Virus record (IMG/VR): IMGVR_UViG_3300026123_000014
Span: 1 to 39,036 of that record
DNA length: 39,036 nt
Strand: one strand, 5' to 3'
Source: a virus
Lineage: Duplodnaviria; Caudoviricetes
How positions within the stretch are numbered: the stretch's first letter is position 1; each line of letters begins with the position of its first letter. The notes beneath the pieces are model-generated. The model was not told where the DNA came from. It worked only from the letters and a program-made list of their open reading frames with translations, and searched no databases. The position numbers and the translations under genes are program-made. Shown here piece by piece: positions 1-7,577 of this stretch.

Positions 1-5
1 CAAAC

Positions 6-31
6 AAAAAAGGCTTACATTGCTGTAAGCC
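6..31 (-). terminator. Rho-independent terminator downstream of the tRNA-Phe 3' end
   Basis: Minus strand reads GGCTTACA-GCAA-TGTAAGCC-TTTTTT: 8-bp stem, GNRA tetraloop and U-tract, about 10 nt after the tRNA CCA end. Confidence 0.85.
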
Positions 32-40
32 CTTTGAAAA

Positions 41-88
41 TGGTGCCCGGAGGCGGAATCGAACCACCGACACGCGGATTTTCAATCC
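41..88 (-). tRNA. 3' half of tRNA-Phe(GAA); att-site duplication, not a complete gene
   Basis: Reverse complement GGATTGAAAATCCGCGTGTCGGTGGTTCGATTCCGCCTCCGGGCACCA has the anticodon arm with GAA (83-81), T-loop GTTCGA, acceptor strand and CCA. The D arm and 5' strand are missing and replaced by Rhs sequence. Confidence 0.92.
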
Positions 89-668
89 TAAACTCGGCCG
101 CTTTATGCAGACCGATCCGGTTGGGTATGAAGATCAGATGAATCTGTATGCCTATGTGGGGAATGATCCTGCAAACCATACAGATCCTTCTGGAAAGATA
201 ATCGACACTATAGCTGATATAGGATTCATAGCTTATGACCTATATACTATAGCGGTAGAAGGCGTTACTGAGACCAATCTTGCCGCATTGGGTGCTGATT
301 TAATTGGGGCTGCTGTACCTGGCGCGACAGGTTTGGGTGCTGGTGTTAGATCTGCCGCAAGATCTGAGCAACGTGCTAAAAATGTAACAAAGGTTTCAGG
401 TAAGTCTCGGAATAAACCACCAGTACCGCTGAAAGAAGCAGAAGGGCGCCCTCACTCAATTATTGAGAAGTCAGGCAAGGATGGTCAGTACACAACCCAC
501 AATGGTGATGGTACGTGGAAACAATATCGCGGTTCAGGTCAAGACCATGGAGGAATCCCGCGTCCTAACGTGAAGGAGGCGGGAAAGAACGTCACTCCAG
601 ATGGAGGTGAATTCATTGATAAGGGGCGCGTGCGACCTCCTCGTTCGGACGAAATTCCAGGAGTTTGA
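84..668 (+). pseudogene. Orphan Rhs core end plus C-terminal toxin domain (cassette 1; probable nuclease-type toxin)
   Basis: [37 protein letters not shown] is the Rhs-associated core with its DPxG cleavage motif, followed by a basic, His-containing C-terminal domain. It is 5'-truncated at the att site. Confidence 0.88.
151..195 (+). repeat. Rhs core direct repeat A, copy 1 (copy 2 at 3730-3774)
   Basis: 45 bp CCTATGTGG(G/C)GAATGATCCTGCAAACCATACAGATCCTTCTGGAA, 1 mismatch between copies. Confidence 0.92.
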
Positions 669-669
669 A

Positions 670-1176
670 ATGAGTGACAATAAACCGTTTGATTTCGCTT
701 CCTTCGTATCCGCGAATGTGGGGCGCATTGTTTCAGGTTTTGACTACCTGCATGCAGTTTATAAGTCACAGGGATTGGCCGCTGATTTTATTCTATGGTT
801 TGCTCGGCTGTTCTGGCCTGATTTCAAAACGGTAGATGGCATGATTTTTGTTTCGGAGTTGTTTAGTGCTGAGCGTTATCAAGAGTTATTGAGCAACGGT
901 CATAGCCCCACTCAGGCTCAGTTTTGGATGAACCTTCTTGAGATAACAGGTTTATTCGATGACTTACCTACTGACCAAGCTTTGGGTATTGCTGAATCCC
1001 TAGCGAATAGTTGGAACTCAAAACTACAAAAGGAGCTTGGAATTTCCTCGCCTCTTGCAAGGGCTATTGTTGATGAAGAAACGGGAGAAGTATTTGTAAC
1101 AATCGGTACTTCTGATGTTGAAGGTGCAAAAATTGGAACCTCAGATTCTTGCTCAGATTATAAAGCATGCAACTAA
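670..1176 (+). CDS. Putative immunity protein for Rhs-CT cassette 1
   Basis: ATG at 670 (in frame with ORF 601..1176) lies just after the toxin stop; small acidic protein in the typical toxin-immunity position. Confidence 0.7.
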   Translation: MSDNKPFDFASFVSANVGRIVSGFDYLHAVYKSQGLAADFILWFARLFWPDFKTVDGMIFVSELFSAERYQELLSNGHSPTQAQFWMNLLEITGLFDDLPTDQALGIAESLANSWNSKLQKELGISSPLARAIVDEETGEVFVTIGTSDVEGAKIGTSDSCSDYKACN

Positions 1177-1279
1177 TATGAATCGCCATTTAAATAAAAA
1201 GCTAGTTTGTTCTTTGCTTTAGGCGCGTCTATTTTTGCTGGTAATATTTTTAGTTGTTATTGCAATAACAATAATTCTT

Positions 1280-1546
1280 CCCATGCAGAACGTTGGACTT
1301 TTGATCAATGTAGAGGGCAACTTTAGTAAAGCAAATGCAGATAAATTTAACCAAGCTATTCAAAAACATATAAACGCACCAGGCACTAAAGAAATTCAAG
1401 GAACATACAGAGGAAATCCTGTTACATTCCAGACGAATCCAAATTCTGGTTTAACTGTAATACAGAACCCTAATGGCAACTTTTTGAGTGGTTGGAAGCT
1501 AAATTCTCAGCAGTTACAGCATGTTCTTAAGGATGGCAAGCTATGA
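1280..1546 (+). pseudogene. Colicin D-type (tRNase-like) toxin C-terminal fragment (cassette 2)
   Basis: GNFSKANADKFNQAIQKHI...GTYRGNPV...NPNSGLTVI...GNFLSGWKL...QLQHV matches the colicin D domain pattern. The N-terminal part and Rhs core are missing. Confidence 0.75.
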
Positions 1547-1815
1547 ACAAAGTTGCCTTGATTGAAAAGTACGTTTTGCTGCTTAATAAATTTGTTGAAG
1601 GTAAAATTTCAGCTCCGCAATTTGAGAGTTCCTATCTTGAAATGTAAAAAGCTGAAGCAGCAGAGTTGCCAGAGAATATTTATAATGTACTCAATAATTT
1701 GTTCATAGATACTGATGCTTATTGTGCTGATGATGAGCTTAGAGATGAGGATGATTTGAATGATGATCAACTATTGGTTAGTGCAAAGAATGCTTTAGAG
1801 GAATTATCCGATTAA
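1543..1815 (+). pseudogene. Colicin D-type immunity protein with an internal stop
   Basis: ATGA overlap with the toxin stop; translates MNKVALIEKYVLLLNKFVEGKISAPQFESSYLEM*KAE...LFIDTDAYCADDELRDEDDLNDDQLL...; in-frame TAA at 1645-1647. Confidence 0.82.
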
Positions 1816-1817
1816 GG

Positions 1818-2063
1818 AAGCATTTTGGGCGAGGTATTGCCACCTTGACAAGTAGTATTGTCGCAAGAGGTGTTAGTAATGCTGCTGCGGGAAGTGCAAT
1901 TGGTGCAGTCTCAACTGTTGGCAATAATGCTATTGTTGGTAATAATTTAACAGATGGAGTTGCAACTGGCGCAGCCTTAGGTGCGGTTGGTGGTGCTCTT
2001 GGTTCTGTTGTTGGTGATGGTGTTGATGCAGCTGCTACAGCTGCTAAAACAGGAGCTTTGTAA
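1818..2063 (+). pseudogene. Gly/Ala-rich pre-toxin linker fragment of an Rhs-CT
   Basis: GAALGAVGGALGSVVG-type glycine-zipper repeats, typical of the region just after Rhs DPxG; no proper start. Confidence 0.55.
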
Positions 2064-2160
2064 GCGCCCTTAAATCGACACCTTGCCCTTCATACTTCAC
2101 CCAGTAACTTAGATAGATTTCTGAGTATTCCACGGCAGTAGCGTTTCAAGCTTTTCGAGT

Positions 2161-2472
2161 GTGTCCGCTGCTGCAATATTGCGCAGTACAGGAGGTGACA
2201 GCTATATAGGAGAGGACGGAAGAGTATATTCTCATTCTACTGGTGAACATGTCAGAGGCAGAGGAAGCAGGTCGTTTCATAATGATAACCAAGGCAATCG
2301 GGCTGTAGATGTTCGTTCTCAATCTTTAACAATAGACCAAAGTGAAATTCCCAATTATATAAACCAAGCTTCTGGAGGTGACTTCAAAGTATGGGTTGAT
2401 AATACTGGTAGAGTAACGAATCAGAATGGAGTATATCATTCTGATGGCCATCTTCAGGTACCTATTGGCTGA
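2161..2472 (+). pseudogene. Toxin-like fragment with an M15 peptidase-like motif
   Basis: SFHNDNQGNRAVDV...HSDGHLQV resembles the SxHxxGxAxD...HxH zinc motif; runs directly into the next Rhs core. Confidence 0.35.
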
Positions 2473-3229
2473 TGAGCGAGGCTCTATCATTACTGAAACT
2501 AGTACCACTGGAGCAGTAAGCCTAAAACATCAATATGGCCCCTTCGGAGAGCCAATCAACAGCAGTAGCTCCCGCTTTAGATACACAGGCCAGATTATCC
2601 TTCCCGGCACCGAGTTGTATCATTACAAAGCTAGGGTATATCATCCAAAGCTAGGCCGGTTCCTCCAGACTGACCCAATTGGCTATGAAGATCAGATCAA
2701 TCTTTACACCTATGTGGTTAGTGATCCCATGAATGCAACTGATCCAACTGGAGAGGTTGTTTTTACTATTGGCTGACAAATTAATGGAAATGCTGGTTTG
2801 TCTGGAACTGCAGCGTCTGGCAAATGGGTTAATATCTCTCAGAAGGGTATAAGTTGGGGGAATTATAGTAGTGCAGAAGCGGGATCAGATATTTCAACTC
2901 CTGGTGCTGGAGCAGGCTTCGAAGCTTCAGTTCTATTTACATCTGATACAGACGCTGCACTTAGTGGTATTTATATGGCAAATGGTGTGGATGGTGCGCT
3001 TGTTTCAGGGGATATAATAACCACATTACCATCTTCTGATGGTGCAGCTATTACCGGACTTCAAATCTCAGGTGATGTAGTAGGTGTACCAACAGATTTT
3101 GGAGGTCATAGTAGAACTGGGGTTGGCACATTTGAGACAACAGGAGAGAAAAACTGGAAACAAATCGCTGTAGATACAGTAGATGCCGTAGCCGATGCAA
3201 TAAGAATGGCATTAAAAAATGATCATTAG
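2456..3229 (+). pseudogene. Orphan Rhs core plus C-terminal domain (cassette 3) with a premature stop
   Basis: [11 protein letters not shown]...YGPFGE...FRYTGQ...[31 protein letters not shown]...DPTG. After TGA at 2774-2776 the same frame continues into ORF 2798..3229. Confidence 0.85.
2568..2693 (+). repeat. Rhs core direct repeat B, copy 1 (copy 2 at 4607-4732)
   Basis: 126 bp encoding SRFRYTGQ...QTDPIGYED; about 5 mismatches by manual comparison. Confidence 0.92.
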
Positions 3230-3707
3230 CAAATCAATTAGAATGGTTGTAGCTATACTCATAATGGGTTATGTAGGCTTTGGAATATTAGGATGGTTCC
3301 TTGGTCCATCAAGAGCTGAGTTTTATAGTGATCTTTTTTATAATGAACAAAACTTAACCGTAAAAATATATTCATCTGAAAATTTTAAAAAACCGTTGGA
3401 AGCATTAAATAATAATGCCGTTAGTCAACTTATCTCATGCTTAAAATCAACAAAACCGACATTAGCTAACCTAGGTGAAAATCAAGACGACATATTTTTA
3501 TATATTGGCCTTGAATCAGATAATTACCGATATAAATTGGGAATTAAATGGAGGCCCTCTATTAATATGGCATATATTTCAGGCGTTGAGAGAAAAGTTT
3601 ATAAACGTACAGGTGAAGACATTTCTTATGCAGCTTTTGACAAAATAGGTGGAACTTGTTTGGATGAGTTATTGAGAAAATTAGCTTTTAGTAAACAATC
3701 TATCTAG
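3219..3707 (+). CDS. Putative membrane-anchored/periplasmic immunity protein (cassette 3)
   Basis: Overlaps the end of the toxin; single N-terminal hydrophobic helix followed by a soluble domain. Confidence 0.65.
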   Translation: MIISKSIRMVVAILIMGYVGFGILGWFLGPSRAEFYSDLFYNEQNLTVKIYSSENFKKPLEALNNNAVSQLISCLKSTKPTLANLGENQDDIFLYIGLESDNYRYKLGIKWRPSINMAYISGVERKVYKRTGEDISYAAFDKIGGTCLDELLRKLAFSKQSI

Positions 3708-3729
3708 GGAACAGAATATACTCCTAATA

Positions 3730-3774
3730 CCTATGTGGCGAATGATCCTGCAAACCATACAGATCCTTCTGGAA
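3730..3774 (+). repeat. Rhs core direct repeat A, copy 2
   Basis: 44/45 identical to 151-195. Confidence 0.92.
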
Positions 3775-4208
3775 TGTGTTCCCAAGGAAGCTCAGAGTCT
3801 GAAGTTATCTGCAAAATTGAGGATACAATAACAGATTTTATCGAACCAATAATTGAATCGGCAATGCATGAAGCTGGTATTGACGTAGTTCCAGAAGGAG
3901 AACGAGATCCTGAAGGTGAATTTGCACATGAAGCTAGTGAAAATTCCGTAACAGAAGAAATTGTGGCAATTGGCGGTATAATTGCAAAATCGAAAATGGA
4001 TGGAAAGAAATTTAGGCCCAAAACTAGAGGCGCGAATAAGAAGGATCGTAAACAAGTCGATGACGCAGCTCGTTCAGCTGGAATAAATAGGAAAGAATTT
4101 GGTAAGTTTATCGAAAAAAAGAAAAAATCCGAAGGTAAAGGAGGCAGTGACAATTATAGTTATAGTGATTTGCTGGATTTGGCAGACCAATTCAAAAATA
4201 GCAGGTAA
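3730..4208 (+). pseudogene. Orphan Rhs-CT (cassette 4), basic putative nuclease toxin on a short core stub
   Basis: Begins [14 protein letters not shown]; the C-terminus is very Lys/Arg-rich (KFRPKTRGANKKDRKQ...FGKFIEKKKK). Confidence 0.8.
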
Positions 4209-4214
4209 AAGTAA

Positions 4215-4559
4215 ATGCAAGAGTGTACAGACGTTGATTATTCATTAAGGTTTATTGATATCGACAAAAGCAGTGTAGCGTTTTTAGAAAAAGAATTTGT
4301 AGAGTTTAATTTCACTACGAAGGATTATTTTAAAAACCCCGAAAACTCTGTGTTTGTTATTGATATAGATGATAATTTTGATTCGTCAAAATTGAAAAGC
4401 TGCTTAAATAAAGTCAGTGAAGGTAAGGTTGAACTCTTTGTTTCGATTTTTTCGGAAGTTGACAGTGATATTATTGAGCTACCCAATGTAATAAATCAGC
4501 TAATAGTAGACCTCAAGCTCCCCGTAGTATTTTCATACACGATAATCTTAGAAGATTGA
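4215..4559 (+). CDS. Putative acidic immunity protein (cassette 4)
   Basis: Starts 6 nt after the toxin stop; small, strongly acidic, intact ORF. Confidence 0.7.
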   Translation: MQECTDVDYSLRFIDIDKSSVAFLEKEFVEFNFTTKDYFKNPENSVFVIDIDDNFDSSKLKSCLNKVSEGKVELFVSIFSEVDSDIIELPNVINQLIVDLKLPVVFSYTIILED

Positions 4560-4606
4560 TTACCTTTTGAATTCAAAGCCTAGTTAGTCGGGGCCAGGAT
4601 TCAATG

Positions 4607-4732
4607 GCTCCCGCTTTAGATACACAGGCCAGATTATCCTTCCGGGCACCGAGTTGTATCATTACAAAGCTAGGGTCTATCATCCAAAGCTAGGCCGGTT
4701 CCTCCAGACTCACCCCGTTGGCTATGAAGATC
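4607..4732 (+). repeat. Rhs core direct repeat B, copy 2 (isolated core stub with no toxin attached)
   Basis: Near-identical to 2568-2693, followed by non-coding AT-rich DNA. Confidence 0.9.
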
Positions 4733-4877
4733 TCGTTGTTAAAAATTCTTTAAATAAGATTTTTTGAAAAAAAATGATACTCATGTACTCCAATTCTCGA
4801 AATTATTATTGGTGAATACTTTTTGCTCATAAATGAACTGAATGTGTTGCCAATATTAAAAAATCGAGGATGGAACA

Positions 4878-6044
4878 ATGAAAAACAATGGAAGCTACTG
4901 GTTAACAATTAAATCGTATATTTCGATCTTGAGTATGTTGGTTTTGACTTTGGGCATATATAGTCAAAATTCGTTCGCGCAGACTAACTCTAATGATGGA
5001 CAAATTCTAAAAGTAAAATATAGAAATCAACACGCCGAATGGGTATTTGATGAGATTCCCGTAAAATTTAAAAGAGGAAAGGTGATATTTCAAGGTGATA
5101 TGGAATTAGGATCAGTATTCGATTTTAAAAATAAGCTTGGAATATTTCAAGACGAATATATGATTTTATCATTAGCTGGAAAATCCAGTGGCGGTTCTGA
5201 AATAGGGGGTTATTGGGCACAAAGTATAGTGCCATATACATTTTCACAAACACTATCAACAGCACAAAAAACTACTATTTTGAATCAATTATCTTATGCT
5301 GAAAATACTTTCGGTATTCAATTTGTTCCTAGAACTAATCAAGGTAGTTACGTACAGTTTACATTTGATCCGGATTTATGGGCTTGTGGTCAGTCTGCAG
5401 TAGGTAAGACTGGTTCAAAGCAATATATTACTCTAAGATGTATGGATTCTAGAACTATAATTCATGAAATTGGGCATGCAATTGGATATATACATGAGCA
5501 CTCAAGAAGCGATAGAGATTCATATATAAATATTAATTATTCAAACTTAGATGATTGTTCAAATCAGTTTTCTTTGATCTCAAATTCTACAACTGATACA
5601 CCTTATGATATTAATTCGATAATGCATTATGGCTCATACTCAACACCAACATGTGTCTTTGATCAAACGCTTCCAATGTTAACTGGTAAAAATGGTAATA
5701 TTATTCCTTGGGCTTATGCATATTCTAATTTGGATATAATTAGATTGAAAATGGATTATGGTGCATATAAGTCACATAGTTTAAATTTTGATACTTTTTA
5801 TTGTTATTCTCAAGGGGTTTTTTCTTGGGATTCAAGTGTTGAAGATACATATTATAGATTGGAAAAATCAACATTTCCTACAGGGCCTTGGTCAACATTT
5901 AAAACTACATCATCAAATAGTTATACTCAATTAGGGCGAAGTTCTGGAAATTACTATGTTCGAGTTATTGGTGTAAATGGATTGGGTGAAGACTCCGCCA
6001 ATTCAAATACTGTTTATGTGAAGTACTATTCAACATGTTATTGA
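4878..6044 (+). CDS. Secreted astacin-family (M12A) zinc metalloprotease with a C-terminal FN3-like domain
   Basis: Signal peptide (..SFA|Q), prodomain FQGDM Asp-switch motif, HEIGHAIGYIHEHSRSDRD zinc motif, SIMHY Met-turn, YYVRVIGVNGLGEDSANSN FN3 signature. Confidence 0.92.
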   Translation: MKNNGSYWLTIKSYISILSMLVLTLGIYSQNSFAQTNSNDGQILKVKYRNQHAEWVFDEIPVKFKRGKVIFQGDMELGSVFDFKNKLGIFQDEYMILSLAGKSSGGSEIGGYWAQSIVPYTFSQTLSTAQKTTILNQLSYAENTFGIQFVPRTNQGSYVQFTFDPDLWACGQSAVGKTGSKQYITLRCMDSRTIIHEIGHAIGYIHEHSRSDRDSYININYSNLDDCSNQFSLISNSTTDTPYDINSIMHYGSYSTPTCVFDQTLPMLTGKNGNIIPWAYAYSNLDIIRLKMDYGAYKSHSLNFDTFYCYSQGVFSWDSSVEDTYYRLEKSTFPTGPWSTFKTTSSNSYTQLGRSSGNYYVRVIGVNGLGEDSANSNTVYVKYYSTCY

Positions 6045-6138
6045 TTAATTATGGCTCTATAATGAGAATTTTGTTATTAGTGAATAGATAAATAATCAAT
6101 ATTTTTTAATTTGATTTTGACCTTTAGGGTAAATTGAA

Positions 6139-6744
6139 ATGAAAAAACTATGTTTTGCGATAATACTGTCGTTTATTTTGACAGCATGTGGAGAAAGTTC
6201 ATCTGATAAATCTGAAAGTTTTAGTTATACATTTGTAGGAATTGATGAATATTCACTTAAAAGTTTTGATCTTCCATTGGATGTTAAATATTGGGAAATT
6301 CGTTCAGAGAATTGGCCTGATCCGGTAGAATCTTTTCAAGTATACTCATTTGATCTTGATATTTATGATAGCTTAGATTCAGTTTTAAGAGATGAGATTA
6401 GCAATATAGTTTCTCCTTTAGCATTTGGAGGTGACTGTTTGCCAAGTGCTTGTGGCTATTTTGGGGTATTTTTAATAGAAAATTCTTTAGAGTTAATTCA
6501 AACACCAAATGAAATGTTGGAATTTTTTGGAGAAATAAATACGCCCATAGAACTAGCTATTTGGCTTAGATATACCGAACTATACAGACTTGAAAGTTAC
6601 GAACCAATACATGGTGGTTACAACGCGATAGTTTCATGGAGTTCTTGCAGTAACAGAGGTACAAAAAAAGTATTTGTTGATACAAACGGTATTGTCACGG
6701 TTTTGAATGACTTGACAACCGAAAAACTGGAGACCACATGTTGA
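6139..6744 (+). CDS. Lipoprotein of unknown function
   Basis: MKK, hydrophobic stretch and lipobox LTAC; acidic, Cys-containing mature part. Confidence 0.8.
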   Translation: MKKLCFAIILSFILTACGESSSDKSESFSYTFVGIDEYSLKSFDLPLDVKYWEIRSENWPDPVESFQVYSFDLDIYDSLDSVLRDEISNIVSPLAFGGDCLPSACGYFGVFLIENSLELIQTPNEMLEFFGEINTPIELAIWLRYTELYRLESYEPIHGGYNAIVSWSSCSNRGTKKVFVDTNGIVTVLNDLTTEKLETTC

Positions 6745-6777
6745 TATGAATTAGTTGTAATTAGAATAACTTCATTC

Positions 6778-6805
6778 GGGTCTCACATTGTATAATTTGA
6801 GACCC
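6778..6805. repeat. 28-bp imperfect palindrome at the cargo/phage boundary
   Basis: GGGTCTCACAT-TGTATA-ATTTGAGACCC with perfect 8-bp outer inverted arms. Confidence 0.8.
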
Positions 6806-7280
6806 TAGTACTGTTTTTTTCAAACACACGTCCCAAAAACCAAAAATTCAATACGCCTGCCCATAGCGCCTGGTCAGCTTCAGTCCAGCTGTGCTGAGTA
6901 GCGGTTGTCCATTCAACACCGTTTTGCACAGCAGCGACAAAGACAGCAGTTTTTGCTGCGCAATAGAGCACCATGAGCCAGTAAGTGATGATCGGGCGAA
7001 CGCTACTGGATAGCGCGTCGGCCCATTTGACACCGGTGACGATGCCTTGAGAGGTAACAGCGGAATTAAGCGTGTTGATGGCTTTGGCTTGCTGTGCGGA
7101 TTCAGCTTTTACCTCAACTTGTTTCATTGCAGTGGATGCGCGTAGCTTCTCCAACTCGAGATTTTTGTCGTGGATTGCGAGTTCGTGGCTTCGCTCACCC
7201 TTGCGGTCGATCCATTTGAGAATCTCTGGTGTTAGGCGGAATGCTCCGCCGAGCAATCCACCAAGTAGTGTCTCGATCAC
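6783..7280 (-). CDS. Phage holin-like membrane protein
   Basis: GTG at 7280 coupled to the upstream stop; MIETLLGGLLGG...SSVRPIITY...LNFWFLGRVF pattern of 3-TM holin-like proteins at the end of the tail operon. Confidence 0.65.
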   Translation of the reverse strand: MIETLLGGLLGGAFRLTPEILKWIDRKGERSHELAIHDKNLELEKLRASTAMKQVEVKAESAQQAKAINTLNSAVTSQGIVTGVKWADALSSSVRPIITYWLMVLYCAAKTAVFVAAVQNGVEWTTATQHSWTEADQALWAGVLNFWFLGRVFEKNSTRVSNYTM

Positions 7281-7567
7281 TGTGAGCCTCCCATGAGTTT
7301 CAGCTTGATGGCAATGCCGACGAGCGCTGTCGCCAGAATACCGGTGGTAATGACTTTGATGGTGGTTTGCCATGCAGTTTTTCGTGCTTCGCGCCATGCA
7401 TCGAGTAGATCGCGTAACTCACGTATGTCTCGTGCGGCATGGCCGTTCTCAAGGCCTAAGTGTGCCAAGCATCGTTCAGCGCCTTTTTCAGCGGCCTGTT
7501 CTAAAATCGCATCGAAATCTTCGAGGCGCAGTTGGATGGTGGTGTCTTTGTCTTGATGGGATTCCAT
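7277..7567 (-). CDS. Small phage membrane protein (DUF6127-like)
   Basis: AAEKGA...LGL...AARDIRELRDLLDAWR plus a C-terminal TM segment; lysis-region position. Confidence 0.7.
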   Translation of the reverse strand: MESHQDKDTTIQLRLEDFDAILEQAAEKGAERCLAHLGLENGHAARDIRELRDLLDAWREARKTAWQTTIKVITTGILATALVGIAIKLKLMGGSQ

Positions 7568-7577
7568 AGCGACCTCT

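Noticed and set aside
41-88. Complete functional tRNA-Phe gene
   Set aside because: Only the anticodon arm through CCA is present; the 5' half is replaced by Rhs sequence
601-669. Upstream ATG start of ORF 601..1176
   Set aside because: It overlaps the toxin 3' end; ATG 670 directly after the toxin stop is more plausible
1235-1279. Hydrophobic signal/TM N-terminus on the colicin D-like ORF
   Set aside because: TTG start without a clear RBS in AT-rich junction DNA; likely a fortuitous extension of a fragment
84-4732. CRISPR array or integron attC array
   Set aside because: The repeats are coding Rhs-core fragments at irregular spacing; no regular spacers or attC structure recognised
6778-6805. 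Canonical XerCD dif site
   Set aside because: The spacer matches but the right arm lacks the conserved TTATGTTAAAT XerD sequence
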